Origin: Dyella sp.
Lineage (GTDB): Bacteria; Pseudomonadota; Gammaproteobacteria; Xanthomonadales; Rhodanobacteraceae
NCBI GenBank assembly: GCA_036495265.1
Contig: DASXND010000003.1
Span: forward strand, 1 to 40,543
Reading direction: 5' to 3'
Length of the DNA stretch: 40,543 nt
Shown here: positions 24,234 to 34,750 of the stretch, piece after piece
Layout of the letters: each line of letters opens with the position of its first letter
Position numbering within the stretch: the first letter of the stretch is position 1
Notes under the pieces: generated by a model
Seen by the model: only the letters and a program-made list of their open reading frames with translations
Database searches by the model: none
Told to the model about the DNA's origin: nothing
Translations under genes and position numbers: made by a program

Positions 24234-25217
24234 TCAGCGCGGCGGAGGCTGGTAGCCGCCCAGAGCCAGCTGCAATTGGATCTTCATCTCCTCGCGCAGC
24301 GACAGCGGCGCGACCACTTCCGCATCCGGACCGTACTTGAGCACGTCCATCAGCAGTTCCTTGGAATTGGAATAAGGCACCTGCAACTCGTAGCGACCGT
24401 CGGACAGCCATTCGCCCTTCTGTTGCGAATGCCAGTGTTCGTCGGCAACCCAGCGCGCGGCATGCTGGGAGAAGCGCAGCGTCGCCCAGGCTTTCGGCTT
24501 GCCGGCGAAGATGCCGTAGCTGGATGCGAGCGCGTCATTGAGCTCGTTCTCTGCCACGTCACGCGCGGCTTGATCCAGTGCCTGCGGTTCGGCGATGCGA
24601 TCCACCGCAAAGCTGCGCAGTGCTTCGCGGTCGTGATCCCACACATCCAGGTACCAGTTGTCGCGGTAATGCGTCAGCCGTTGTGGCGACACCGTGCGAT
24701 GGCTGTCGGCATTGGTGGTGCGCGCGCGATAACGGAAGCGCAGTTGCTTGCGCTCAAGCACGGCGCCCGCCACGATGCGGAATACCTGTTGGTCGAGCGT
24801 GCGCTCGCCCCATGCGATCACGCGTATGCGTTCGATCGGCAGTGCCTTGCCGCTACCTTGATCGGAAAGCAGATGTTCGATGCGTGCCTTGAACGGCGCC
24901 AGCGCACCGGCCAGCACGCCGGGTCCGCTGCGTCCGATCAATTCGTTGAGTGCGAGCAGCGCAGCGAGTTCGTCGGACGTAAGCCAAAGGCCAGGCAGCT
25001 CGAAGCGTTCGCCTTCACCGATCGCGTAGCGGAACGCGGCGTGTTCGCCACCGGCGCTTTCGATCGGCGCACCCAGTGCATCGCGCAGAAACGCCACGTC
25101 GCGATACAACGTGGCACGCGAGCACTCCAGCTCGTCCATCAGACGCGGCAGGGGCACGGGATAGTGCGCCGACTTGAGCAATCGGTGCAGGGTCAGAATG
25201 CGCTCGTAACGATCCAT
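24234..25217 (-). CDS. HTH-WYL-WCX transcriptional regulator (YafY family)
   Basis: N-terminal HTH (ELECSRATLYRDV..LR..LGAPI), WYL domain (R.VSP..L....NWYL...R.F.VDRI), C-terminal L.YG..AEV..P..LR. Confidence 0.93.
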   Translation of the reverse strand: MDRYERILTLHRLLKSAHYPVPLPRLMDELECSRATLYRDVAFLRDALGAPIESAGGEHAAFRYAIGEGERFELPGLWLTSDELAALLALNELIGRSGPGVLAGALAPFKARIEHLLSDQGSGKALPIERIRVIAWGERTLDQQVFRIVAGAVLERKQLRFRYRARTTNADSHRTVSPQRLTHYRDNWYLDVWDHDREALRSFAVDRIAEPQALDQAARDVAENELNDALASSYGIFAGKPKAWATLRFSQHAARWVADEHWHSQQKGEWLSDGRYELQVPYSNSKELLMDVLKYGPDAEVVAPLSLREEMKIQLQLALGGYQPPPR

Positions 25218-25361
25218 GAAATGATTTTCGACGGCAGCCTCTGCGTAGCATGCGCACCCTAGACGATTGTCGCAAGTCCACCATGTGGTGGAGATGGAAC
25301 AAAACGCACTAAGGGTGGTCCGCCCGTGATGCGTCCTTCACATAGCGAAGACAGAAAACTC

Positions 25362-26261
25362 ATGAAGCAACCTGGCGACACGGAGCAGTCCACCAACAGC
25401 CGCGATGGCGGTCCGATACTTGCGCATCCCCTGCGCCTAGGTGCCATGCTGCTGCAGGTGCTTGCTTTTAGCGGCTACGGGCTGTGGATGTTGCTGGGGC
25501 TGGTACTGGCGGTGGGCATCTATAGCCCCGCTCGCGGCGATGCCTTGGTAGCGCTGGCTTTGGGCGGCGCACTCATCGGCATCGGGTTGATCGCGGCGTG
25601 CCTGCGCGCACGCGCGATGCCAACCTGGCACGGCTGGCGCATCGTCGAAAGCCCGCGACCGACGCGTGAGGCGCTGATCGCGCTGGCGACGTTTCTGCCC
25701 ATGCTGGCGGTCGCGGGTCTCGTGCGCGGCGACAACGCCTTCTGGGCTACCCGCCTGGCGGGCGCCGCGTTGGCGTTGTGCAGTCTGGCGACCTTGATCC
25801 TGACGGCCCGAGGCGACATTCCCGCGCGGGCCCCCCAGATGGACAGTCGCATCGATGCGCAACTGCCGCTCAGCCGCGTGGTGTCGGCCGCGTATGGCGG
25901 CGGCCTGTGGTTGTGGGTATGCGTGACCGGCCAGGACGGTGGCGGCCTTTTCGGCGGCAGCTTGCCCTGGATCGTCGGCCTGCTGATGTTGGGGCTGCTA
26001 CGCGGCCTGGTCGAGGGCATGCGCTGGCAGACCCTGCTGGCCCGGTTTCCGGGCCCGCGCATACGCCTGGAACTGCAGCCGCGGCGCTATCTGGCCGCCG
26101 TACTGGCTTATGCCGTGCCGTCCATGGCGCTGTTGCTGACCAGTTTCGACGAAGGCCGCGTATTGTTGTCGGCCGTAGCCGCGGTCAGTTGTACGCTTGG
26201 CCTATGCGGTGAGCTGAGTTTGTATGATGGGGCCTTGCCGACGATCCCCGCCAGCCGCTGA
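25362..26261 (+). CDS. Polytopic membrane protein, distantly DmsC/YnfH (NrfD clan)-like
   Basis: About 8 hydrophobic segments; SGYGLW.LLG and TRE.L.AL.TFLP patterns recall the DmsC family. Start uncertain (25329, 25362 or 25446). Confidence 0.55.
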   Translation: MKQPGDTEQSTNSRDGGPILAHPLRLGAMLLQVLAFSGYGLWMLLGLVLAVGIYSPARGDALVALALGGALIGIGLIAACLRARAMPTWHGWRIVESPRPTREALIALATFLPMLAVAGLVRGDNAFWATRLAGAALALCSLATLILTARGDIPARAPQMDSRIDAQLPLSRVVSAAYGGGLWLWVCVTGQDGGGLFGGSLPWIVGLLMLGLLRGLVEGMRWQTLLARFPGPRIRLELQPRRYLAAVLAYAVPSMALLLTSFDEGRVLLSAVAAVSCTLGLCGELSLYDGALPTIPASR

Positions 26262-26375
26262 AACGGCTATCTGAAGCCGTTCTAGCCGGATTTGAGGCTA
26301 CTTGTTCACAGGCAGTTCAATCCACCCCGTTAAGGTGGCGGCCTGCTTTTATTTAACGAAAATGGAATAAATCCC

Positions 26376-27203
26376 ATGAAGAAGACTTTGATGGCGGGCG
26401 CCTTGCTCGCCGCGCTGGTAAGTTTTGGCGCTCAGGCCGACGATGCGGCCGCCAGCAATCCCTCCGCCAGCAATCCGGCCGACAATGGGGGCTGGAGCGG
26501 CTCGGGCGAATTCGGCTTTGCCTCGTCCTACGGCAACTCCCGCTCGGAAAACATCAACGCCAAGCTGGGTCTGAACCAGGAAAACGACATGTGGAAGAAC
26601 AATTTCTTCCTCACTGGCCTGCGTTCCAAAGCCGATGTGCAGTTCGTGGACGCCAATGGCAACACGACCCACCAGCTCACCACCACGGCCAATCGCTATG
26701 ACGTCGGCGCCTCGGTGGGCTTCAAGCTCGATCCGCGCAGCTACATCGTGACCGCCACCCGCTACGAGCATGACGATTTCGGCGCCAACCTGTGGCAGAG
26801 CATCATCTCGGTCGGCTACGGCTATATCGCGCTGAAGACCGAAAGCACCGAGCTGTCGTTCGAAGCCGGTCCGGGTTACAAGCGTTATCGCCCGGCCGAT
26901 CTCACCGTGGCGGTGAATGGCGCGAGCACCCGCGAGCAGCAGGACACGCAGAGTGAAGCCGTGGGCCGTGGTCTGATCAACTACAAGTACCGCCTCACCG
27001 ACAACACGGCACTCGAGAATACGCTGCTGATCGAAGCGGGCCCGCAGAACAAGTACTACCAGAACGACATCGGCATGTCGGTCAGCATGACCAAGAAGAT
27101 GGCGCTGAAGCTCGGTTACCAGGTGCGTTACAACAGCGACGTGCAGCAGGACACCAAGCACACCGATACGCTGCTCACCACCAACCTGCTCTACAACTTC
27201 TAA
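26376..27203 (+). CDS. DUF481 (YdiY-like) outer-membrane beta-barrel protein
   Basis: Signal peptide ending AQA, WSGSGEFG....GNS, YEHD.F, VGYGY, EAGPGY, C-terminal beta-signal LLYNF. Confidence 0.88.
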   Translation: MKKTLMAGALLAALVSFGAQADDAAASNPSASNPADNGGWSGSGEFGFASSYGNSRSENINAKLGLNQENDMWKNNFFLTGLRSKADVQFVDANGNTTHQLTTTANRYDVGASVGFKLDPRSYIVTATRYEHDDFGANLWQSIISVGYGYIALKTESTELSFEAGPGYKRYRPADLTVAVNGASTREQQDTQSEAVGRGLINYKYRLTDNTALENTLLIEAGPQNKYYQNDIGMSVSMTKKMALKLGYQVRYNSDVQQDTKHTDTLLTTNLLYNF

Positions 27204-27222
27204 GACGCTGGTTCCCGCTTTT

Positions 27223-27295
27223 GTAGGGGCGCACCCTGTGCGCGATCAGCCTACGTAGCGGCAATGCCCTGATCGCGCACAGCGTGCGCTCCTAC
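27223..27295. repeat. GTAG-family REP doublet (REPIN)
   Basis: gtaggggcgcaccctgtgcgcgatcag...ctgatcgcgcacagcgtgcgctcctac; same arms as the other copies with a different spacer; between convergent genes. Confidence 0.85.
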
Positions 27296-27318
27296 AACAA
27301 CAGGGGCCGTGGTACGGC

Positions 27319-28236
27319 TCAGTGGCCCAGCAGCTTGTCCGCGCCCTGCGCGAACAAGGCGTCGGCAACCTGCTGACCCAGCACCACGGCCTGATCGCCA
27401 TCGGCCTGCGCTTCGGCCAGCAACAGGCGGCCGCTGTTGACGTCGCCGACCATGCCGCGCAGGTGCAGGCCGCGTTCGGTCAGCGTGCACCAGGCACCTA
27501 CAGGAACGGTGCAGCTGCCGCCCAGCGCGTGATTCATGGCACGCTCGGCGGTCACCGCCAGACGCGTGTCGGCATCATCGAGTACAGCCAGCAGCTCCAG
27601 CACATCAGGCTGATCGTTGCGCGCTTCGATGGCGATGGCCGCCTGTCCCGGTGCCGGCAACCAGTCCGGAGCGGTGAGGCGGCTGCGGATGCGAGCCGCC
27701 AAACCAAGTCGCTCCAGGCCAGCGCACGCCAGCACGATCGCCTCGTAGTGGCCAGCATCGAGCTTGGCCAGACGCGTGCCAACATTGCCGCGCAGATCCA
27801 GCAAGCTGAGGTCGGGTCGCACGGCGCGCAACTGCGCCTGGCGTCGCAGCGAGGACGTGCCCACATGGGCGCCGAGCGGCAGTGCGGCGAGATCGCTGAA
27901 ATCATTGCTCACGAAGGCATCGGCGGCGTCCGCGCGGGGCAGGATGGCGGGCAGGCTAAAGCCCGGCTCCAGTTCGGCGGGGACGTCCTTGAGCGAATGC
28001 ACGGCGAGGTCTGCGCGGCCTTCGAGCATGGCCACTTCCAGTTCCTTGAGGAACAAGCCCTTGCCACCGATGGTGGCCAGCGGTTTGTCGAGGATCTCGT
28101 CGCCCCGCGTCGACATCGGCACCAATTCAACCCGTAGGCCGGGATGGGCAGCGCGCAGTTCGGCGGCGACGTGCTCGGCTTGCCAAAGTGCGAGCGCGCT
28201 CTTGCGGGTGGCGATGCGCAGGATGGATACGGTCAT
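27319..28236 (-). CDS. hemC: Hydroxymethylbilane synthase (porphobilinogen deaminase)
   Basis: [49 protein letters not shown].....LGGSC.VP. Confidence 0.97.
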   Translation of the reverse strand: MTVSILRIATRKSALALWQAEHVAAELRAAHPGLRVELVPMSTRGDEILDKPLATIGGKGLFLKELEVAMLEGRADLAVHSLKDVPAELEPGFSLPAILPRADAADAFVSNDFSDLAALPLGAHVGTSSLRRQAQLRAVRPDLSLLDLRGNVGTRLAKLDAGHYEAIVLACAGLERLGLAARIRSRLTAPDWLPAPGQAAIAIEARNDQPDVLELLAVLDDADTRLAVTAERAMNHALGGSCTVPVGAWCTLTERGLHLRGMVGDVNSGRLLLAEAQADGDQAVVLGQQVADALFAQGADKLLGH

Positions 28237-28444
28237 GTAGGGTCTCAATAAAGGCGCCGCGCGCGGCGTCAGTGGGTACCGGCATTGTGGCGCAATTGCA
28301 TGAGGGACGCAGACCCGAAGTGCGTCAGGCATCGTCGCGGCGCTACATGGGCACCATGGCCGGGACTCCCGTGGCGGGCTCCGGCACCCGCTGTTTCGTC
28401 GATCGCCCGAACGTCTTGAACCGGCGCCTGGATCAGCGCTCGGT

Positions 28445-29149
28445 TCAACCCATGCGCAGCAGCTTGCGCAAGATCGGCAGGTTTCGGCGGCTGACTTCGG
28501 GAGTGAGTTCGGTGCCGCTGAGCCGCGCCAGCACGCGGCCATCGGACAGCGTCTTGAGGCCGATCAGGCGCTGGGATGGCACCAGGCAGTTGCGATGCAA
28601 ACGGATGAGCTGGTCGGGGTAGGCCTCTTCCAGCTGACGCAGGGATTCTTCCAGCAGCAGCTGGCCGCCACGATGCTGCACCACTACGTACTTTTCCTCA
28701 GCCAGCAGGCAGATCACGTCGTCGAGTGCGACGCGCACCTGTTCGCCACCCAGGCGTCCATGCAGATAGCTGACCGCCTCGCGTGGCGCTTGCAGCAGGC
28801 GCTGTCGCGCGCGTTGCAAGGCCTCGTTGAGGCGCTCGAGGCGCACCGGCTTGAGCAAATAATCGACGGCACCCAGGTCGAATGCGTGCAAGGCGTGGCT
28901 TTCGTAGGCCGTGCAGAACACCACCTGCGGTCGCGTCCGGCCGGCAAGCCGCTGGGCCAGCGCGGTGCCGCTCATGCCTGGCATGTTGATGTCGAGCAAC
29001 AAGACGTCCGGCTGCAGGTCGCCCAGCGCCGCGAGTGCGGCCTCGCCGTCACTCACGCTGCCGGCGATCTCGACCCCGGCGCACTCTCCCAGCAGGGCCG
29101 CGAGCCGGGCGCGCGCCAGCGGTTCGTCGTCAACGATCAGTACGCGCAT
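28445..29149 (-). CDS. algR: LytTR-family response regulator (AlgR-like)
   Basis: [39 protein letters not shown]; directly upstream of hemC as in algZ-algR-hemC. Confidence 0.88.
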   Translation of the reverse strand: MRVLIVDDEPLARARLAALLGECAGVEIAGSVSDGEAALAALGDLQPDVLLLDINMPGMSGTALAQRLAGRTRPQVVFCTAYESHALHAFDLGAVDYLLKPVRLERLNEALQRARQRLLQAPREAVSYLHGRLGGEQVRVALDDVICLLAEEKYVVVQHRGGQLLLEESLRQLEEAYPDQLIRLHRNCLVPSQRLIGLKTLSDGRVLARLSGTELTPEVSRRNLPILRKLLRMG

Positions 29150-29160
29150 AGAGAGGATCC

Positions 29161-30207
29161 CTATTCTTGCGGAAGTTGCAGCCGCACCACGAAGCGGTCG
29201 CCCATCGGGCTGGCCAGCACGTGCGCGCGGGGACCGTAGCGGTAGGCCACTCGTTGGCGCACGTTGTCCAGTCCGTGCCCGTGCCCGCCCGGCGCGGGAT
29301 CGCCACCGCGTGGGTTGTCGATCTCGATGATGATGTTGTCGCGCTCGCGCCATCCGCGCAGGATCACTTCACCCCCTTCGCGTAGCGGCTGCACACCATG
29401 GCGCACCGCGTTCTCGACCAGCGGTTGCAGCAGCATGCGTGGCAGCGGAAACGCGTGCGGGAGTTCGTCCAGTTCGCGCCGCACATGCAGGCGGTCGCCA
29501 AGCCGGAGCTGCTCGATGGCAAGGTAGCGATCGACCAGGGTGAGTTCTTCGCCCAGCGTGCCGTCCTGCGTACTGTGCTCACCGAGCGCGGCACGGAACA
29601 GTTCCGAGAGATCCTCCACGGTGCGTTCTGCGGCGGCCGGATCGACGCGCACCAGGGCCGCCACCGTATTCATGCTGTTGAACAGGAAATGCGGGCGAAT
29701 GCGCGCCTGCAGGGCGGCGACCTGGGCCCGCGTGACCGCGGCAAGACGCACCTGCCACTGCGTCAGCACGTAGAAGTAGCGCAGCAGCGCGCCGCCGAGC
29801 AGGGCTGCGATCAGCGTGTTGTTGAGCACGAAATCCCCGGTGCTGTCGCTGAGTAGTTCCATCTGCATGGCGGCGTCCATCCAGTGCACCAGCGAACTGC
29901 CGCCCGCCACGATCAACACCATCACCGACCACACGCCGGCATACGGCGTCAGGCTCGGCAAGCGCTGCAACAGTGGCCGCAACTTGCACAAGGCCACGCC
30001 GATCACCAACGCCAGCCAGTTGGCGAACAGCATGCCCACGCTATAGCCGCGCCAGCCGTGGCCGTTGTTGGGTGCCAGCCACATCACCGTGACCGTGAGC
30101 GCAGCGACGACGAGCAGTGCGAAGATCACCGGCGGGCTGCAGAAATCCGGCAGCAGCTGGTGCTCGGGGCGACTGTCGGAGGCGGGCTTGGTGGCAGGGG
30201 CCGTCAT
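29161..30207 (-). CDS. algZ: LytS-type sensor histidine kinase (AlgZ/FimS-like)
   Basis: LPDFC start, 4 TM helices, LQARIRPHFLFNSMN H-box, LQPLVENAV.HG, GHGL.NV. Confidence 0.88.
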   Translation of the reverse strand: MTAPATKPASDSRPEHQLLPDFCSPPVIFALLVVAALTVTVMWLAPNNGHGWRGYSVGMLFANWLALVIGVALCKLRPLLQRLPSLTPYAGVWSVMVLIVAGGSSLVHWMDAAMQMELLSDSTGDFVLNNTLIAALLGGALLRYFYVLTQWQVRLAAVTRAQVAALQARIRPHFLFNSMNTVAALVRVDPAAAERTVEDLSELFRAALGEHSTQDGTLGEELTLVDRYLAIEQLRLGDRLHVRRELDELPHAFPLPRMLLQPLVENAVRHGVQPLREGGEVILRGWRERDNIIIEIDNPRGGDPAPGGHGHGLDNVRQRVAYRYGPRAHVLASPMGDRFVVRLQLPQE

Positions 30208-30331
30208 GCGGCGGAGTATGCCGTATGCATGCAAGACGTTCCGCGATTCTGCTCACCGTCATCCCGCCGTCCGCGAATCTCCTCACCGTGAGGGAGGGTG
30301 ACGGCGAGGAAGGTTGTCGCCATTCCGGGAT

Positions 30332-30997
30332 TCAGACCGCCAGGCGCGCCGTCATCCACTGGCGCAGGTCGAGTACCTCTTCCCCGCACACCGAATGCGG
30401 CATCGGATAGGTGTGCCAGGCTACTGAGTAGCCCAGCGATTGCAGCAGGTCGCGCGAAGCGACGCCGCGGGTGAGCGGCACGATCGGGTCGGCCGTGCCG
30501 TGGCCCCAGAAGATCGGCGTGTGGGCGTTGGCCGGGTTGCGTTCGGTCTCGAAGGATTCGTGCAAGGGCAGATAAGTCGACAGGGCCATGATGCCGGCGA
30601 GCCTGTCGGCATGACGAAGCCCCGCAGCCAGCGCGATGGCACCGCCTTGCGAGAAGCCGGCGAGCAGGATGCGCGAGGTAGGCACGCCACGCTCGTTCTC
30701 GCGGGCGATCAGCGTCTCGACGCTGGCGATCGACGCGCGCATGCCGGCTTCATCCTGGCGCGAGACGAGATCCACGCCGGCAATGTCGTACCAGGCCCGC
30801 ATCGGCATGCCGCCGTTGACGGTTACCGGCCGCACCGGCGCGTGCGGAAACACGAAGCGCAGTGCCGGCCAGCTAGGCGATACCAGTTCCGGCACGATGG
30901 GCGCGAAGTCGTTGCCGTCGGCACCCAGGCCATGCAGCCAGATCACGCTGTGGGTGGGATGGGCGGCGGTTTCGGTTTCGACGGTGGGCAGGGCCAT
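30332..30997 (-). CDS. Carboxylesterase / phospholipase (alpha/beta hydrolase)
   Basis: IWLHGLGADG.DF, M.AWYDI, GFSQGG nucleophile elbow, HG..D..V, M.HSVC.EE. Confidence 0.92.
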   Translation of the reverse strand: MALPTVETETAAHPTHSVIWLHGLGADGNDFAPIVPELVSPSWPALRFVFPHAPVRPVTVNGGMPMRAWYDIAGVDLVSRQDEAGMRASIASVETLIARENERGVPTSRILLAGFSQGGAIALAAGLRHADRLAGIMALSTYLPLHESFETERNPANAHTPIFWGHGTADPIVPLTRGVASRDLLQSLGYSVAWHTYPMPHSVCGEEVLDLRQWMTARLAV

Positions 30998-31217
30998 GGG
31001 ACTTCGCTGGGGCAGGGACGATCGGGAGAAGGATGCCGAATGAGGCTGGCGGGTTGATGTAGCAGAACGCTCGACCCGTGCGCCGGACGACCGGAGCTGG
31101 CGGGGCGGCTAACCAATAAGACTAACCGTCGGGGTGGTCATGGCGAAACGGGACCATCGGCGCTTGCCAGCCGACGAGGCTTGGCTATGCTCAGGCGTTT
31201 TGACTGTGGAGCGCCTC

Positions 31218-33656
31218 ATGCGTCGAATGCTCTTCGCCGGCCTTGCCGCCTTAGCCGCGCTGCCCGCGGCGGCCTTGTCGCCATCCGCCACCGGCGGAAA
31301 GCTCGATCTGGAAACCATCATGGCCAATCCGGATTGGATCGGCGCGGCGGTGGAGTCTCCGTATTGGAGCGTGGACGGGCGCAGCCTCTACTACTCGCTG
31401 AAGCGCGACGGCAGCAAGGTGCGCGACCTCTATCGGGTCGATCCGGCCAGCGGCCAGAGCACGAAGCTTGATGCGGCGGCAGTGGCGCAGGCCGATGGCG
31501 CGCCGGTGTTCGACCGGAGCCATCGCCATGCCGCCTTCGTGCGCCATGGCGACGTGTTTCTGGTCGACGTGGCCAGTGGCCGCCGTGTGCAGGTGACGCG
31601 CAGCACCGATGAGGAGTCCTCGCCGCGCTTCTCCAGCGACGACCGCAGCCTGCAATACCGCCAGGGCAGCAACTGGTTCGTCTACGACATCGCCAGCGGC
31701 GTGAGCGCACCGGCCGCCGTGCTGCGCTTCGTCGACGATCCGCAGGCCAAGCAACCGGACGCACTGGGCCGGCAGCAGCTCGACCTGTTCAATGCGCTGC
31801 GCCAGAACAAGTCCGACAAGGATGCCCAGCGCGCGAACGACGATGCGCTCGCCGCGGCCGACCCGGGCCGCGCGCCCAAGCCGATCTTCCTGGGCGAAGG
31901 CGGCGAGCCGGTGGACACCGAGCTGTCGCCCGATGGCCGCTGGATGCTGGTGGTCACCAAGCCCAAGGACTTCAAGAAGGGCAAGGAGCCGGAAGTCACC
32001 CACTACGTCACCGATTCCGGTTACGCGGAGCAGCAGGAAACGCGCACCTATGTCGGTCGCAACGCCGCCGCCCCGCAATCGTTGTTGCTGATCGACCTGA
32101 AGGCCGCCAAGTTCTACCCGCTGAAGACCGACGGCCTGCCCGGCATCAAGGACGATCCGTTGAAGGCCATCCGCAGCAAGACCGTCGCTGCGCTGGAGAA
32201 TGCCGGCAAGGCGGACGAGGCGAAGGCCTTGAAGGCGCCCGACCAGCGCTCGGTGCGCATTATTTCCAGCGCCGAGGATGGCGGTGGCGGCGGCATCGTG
32301 TGGAGTGATGACGGCCAGAACGTGGCCGTGCAGCTGCGCGCGATCGACAACAAGGACCGCTGGATCGCCAGCGTCGATTTCGAGCGGCACGCCCTGGTCA
32401 ACCAGCACCGCCTGACCGACAACGCCTGGATCAACTGGAACTTCAACGATTTCGGCTGGCTCAAGGATGGCCGCACGCTGTGGTATCTCAGCGAGGAAAC
32501 CGGCTATTCGCAGCTCTACAGCAAGAGCCTGGGCGGCAAGCCCAGGGCGTTGACCTCGGGCAAGTTCGAGGTCAGCCATCCGCTGCTCAGCGACGATGGC
32601 CAGTGGTTCTACACGCGCACCAACCAGGTTGCGCCGTATAGCTATGACGTCTATCGCGTGCCCAGCGGCGGCGGCGAACTGAGCCGCGTCACGCAGTTCC
32701 AGGGCATGAATGATTTCGTGCTGTCGCCCGACGGCCGTCAGCTGGCGCTGCTGCATTCCTCGCCGTATCGACTGGCGCAGCTGGCGGTGCAGGATGCCGC
32801 TGGCGGCGCGGCGCGTGAACTCACCAACACGATGAAGCCCGAATTCACCGCGCATGCGTGGATTGCGCCGCAGATCGTCGGCGTGCCGTCCTCGCATGGT
32901 GCCGGTACGGTCTGGGCGAAGTATTACGGTCCGTCCGATCCGGCGGTGGCGGCGTCCCGTCCGGCGGTGATCTTCGTGCATGGCGCGGGCTACCTGCAGA
33001 ACGTCACGCTGTCGTACTCCAACTATTTCCGCGAGCAGATGTTCCACAACCTGCTGGTGCAGCAGGGCTTCGTGGTGCTCGACATGGACTACCGCGCCTC
33101 GGACGGCTATGGCCGCGACTGGCGCACGGCAATCTACCGCCAGATGGGCCATCCGGAACTGGAAGACCTGCTCGACGGCAAGGCCTGGCTGGTGAAGAAC
33201 CAGGGCGTCGACCCGCGGCGCGTGGGCATGTATGGCGGCAGCTACGGTGGCTTCATGACGCTGATGTCGCTGCTGCGCGCGCCGGGTGAATTCGCGGCCG
33301 GTGCGGCGCTGCGTCCGGTGACCGACTGGGTGACCTACAACCACGAGTACACCTCGAACATCCTCAACGACCCGCAGCTCGATCCCGAGGCTTACGCCAC
33401 CAGCTCGCCGATCGAATACGCCGACAAGCTGCAGGATGCGTTGCTGATCCAGCACGGCCTGATCGACGACAACGTATTGGCCAGCGATTCCATCCGCATG
33501 TACCAGCGCTTCATCGAGCTGCACAAGAACAACTTCTGGATCTCGCTGTACCCGATGGAGCGCCACGGCTTCGTGCATCCGGACTCGTGGCATGACGAAT
33601 ACCGCCGTATCGACGAGTTGTTCCAGACCTGGTTGCGGCCGACGCCGCCGAACTGA
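31218..33656 (+). CDS. Secreted S9 family peptidase (dipeptidyl peptidase IV / prolyl oligopeptidase-like)
   Basis: Signal peptide, beta-propeller SPDG repeats, GGSYGG (Ser), DDNV (Asp), E.HGF (His); ggag RBS before ATG 31218. Confidence 0.93.
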   Translation: MRRMLFAGLAALAALPAAALSPSATGGKLDLETIMANPDWIGAAVESPYWSVDGRSLYYSLKRDGSKVRDLYRVDPASGQSTKLDAAAVAQADGAPVFDRSHRHAAFVRHGDVFLVDVASGRRVQVTRSTDEESSPRFSSDDRSLQYRQGSNWFVYDIASGVSAPAAVLRFVDDPQAKQPDALGRQQLDLFNALRQNKSDKDAQRANDDALAAADPGRAPKPIFLGEGGEPVDTELSPDGRWMLVVTKPKDFKKGKEPEVTHYVTDSGYAEQQETRTYVGRNAAAPQSLLLIDLKAAKFYPLKTDGLPGIKDDPLKAIRSKTVAALENAGKADEAKALKAPDQRSVRIISSAEDGGGGGIVWSDDGQNVAVQLRAIDNKDRWIASVDFERHALVNQHRLTDNAWINWNFNDFGWLKDGRTLWYLSEETGYSQLYSKSLGGKPRALTSGKFEVSHPLLSDDGQWFYTRTNQVAPYSYDVYRVPSGGGELSRVTQFQGMNDFVLSPDGRQLALLHSSPYRLAQLAVQDAAGGAARELTNTMKPEFTAHAWIAPQIVGVPSSHGAGTVWAKYYGPSDPAVAASRPAVIFVHGAGYLQNVTLSYSNYFREQMFHNLLVQQGFVVLDMDYRASDGYGRDWRTAIYRQMGHPELEDLLDGKAWLVKNQGVDPRRVGMYGGSYGGFMTLMSLLRAPGEFAAGAALRPVTDWVTYNHEYTSNILNDPQLDPEAYATSSPIEYADKLQDALLIQHGLIDDNVLASDSIRMYQRFIELHKNNFWISLYPMERHGFVHPDSWHDEYRRIDELFQTWLRPTPPN

Positions 33657-33667
33657 CGCTGTCTGCT

Positions 33668-33689
33668 CCCTCTCCCCTCTGGAGAGAGG
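33668..33689. repeat. Single degenerate CCCTCTCC-family hairpin
   Basis: ccctctcccctctggagagagg, same family as 3566-3696; between convergent stops. Confidence 0.55.
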
Positions 33690-33693
33690 AAGC

Positions 33694-34512
33694 TCAAGCG
33701 GGCGCCTGCGACGCGAAGTAACGTGCAGGCGGCTGCCCAAAACTGCGACGGAACATCGCCACAAACGCGCTGACGCTGGCATAGCCCAGTGCATCGGCCA
33801 CCACCGATACCGGCTCGCCATCGGCGAGCCGCTCCAGTCCACGCGACAACCGCGCCAGCTGGCGCCATTGCGCGAAGCTCAAGGCCGTTTCGCTGCGAAA
33901 CAGCCGGCTCAGGCTACGTGGCGACAAGCCCGCCCATAAGGCCCATTCGGCCAGCCCGCGGTTGTCCTCCGGATGCTCCAGCAGGGCCAACGCGATGCGC
34001 ACGGCGCGTCGATCGATCGGCATCGGCAAATGCAGTGGTTCCGGCCGCGTACTGCAGATCTCCTCCAGCAGGACGGTGGTCAGACGCTCCTGACTTTCGT
34101 CCAGCTGGGTTTCCCAGGTCCATGAGCTGGCCCGGCGCACCAGCGCCCGCATCAATTCGGTCACGCCCGTCACGCAGGGTTCGCTTGGCAGACAGCCGCA
34201 ATCGGGCGGTGTGACGAACACCCCCCAGCCGGTCATCGGTCCGCTGATGCTTATCAGGTGCTCCTCGCCGGGCGGCATCCAGCCGGCGCGGTGCGGCGGT
34301 AGTAGCCATGAGCCGCGCTCCGTGCGCACGTGCACCAGTCCGCTTTCGACGCAGAACAACTGCCCGCGCACATGACTGTGCCAGCCGTACTCGCGGGTGC
34401 CCTGGTCGTACTCGCTCGCCGCCTCGCCCTCGGTCCAGTAGGCAATGACCGAGGGACCATCGATCTGGTCGATCAGCCGGTATAGCTGTTCGCGTCTGGC
34501 ACGAGGGTCCAT
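33694..34512 (-). CDS. AraC family transcriptional regulator (NimR-like cupin + HTH)
   Basis: WHSH.RGQL....G, W..PP..A.W.P.G..H, R.F..ET..SF.QWR, LGY.S.SAF..MF.R..G..P..Y. Start 34512 (alternative 34539). Confidence 0.92.
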   Translation of the reverse strand: MDPRARREQLYRLIDQIDGPSVIAYWTEGEAASEYDQGTREYGWHSHVRGQLFCVESGLVHVRTERGSWLLPPHRAGWMPPGEEHLISISGPMTGWGVFVTPPDCGCLPSEPCVTGVTELMRALVRRASSWTWETQLDESQERLTTVLLEEICSTRPEPLHLPMPIDRRAVRIALALLEHPEDNRGLAEWALWAGLSPRSLSRLFRSETALSFAQWRQLARLSRGLERLADGEPVSVVADALGYASVSAFVAMFRRSFGQPPARYFASQAPA

Positions 34513-34750
34513 GGCCGGTTCTCGATAAACAATGACCAAATAACGCTAACAGGAATCACCGGCCTTGCCTAACATGCCTCGGTCGGTACGGCCTCGCCCT
34601 GCCGCTCTATCCCACCGCTGCCGCCGCTCGCGGTGCCGGACGCGCCAGAAAGCGGTTGCCTTGAGTTCCCCACCGTAGTCACGGTCGAGGCAGCTACTGC
34701 GTCCTGATCCAGAACTCGGCATCGTCGAGTCGATGCCGTAGGAGATTCCT

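Noticed and set aside
26451-26476. Short duplication gccagcaatcc twice (ASNP repeat) in the DUF481 gene
   Set aside because: In-frame low-complexity linker after the signal peptide; no sign of phase variation.
31251-33842. 863-aa antisense ORF, and similar ones at 162-1310, 4431-5489, 20013-21059, 38886-39869
   Set aside because: Shadow ORFs opposite well-supported genes, expected from high-GC codon bias; no recognisable motifs.
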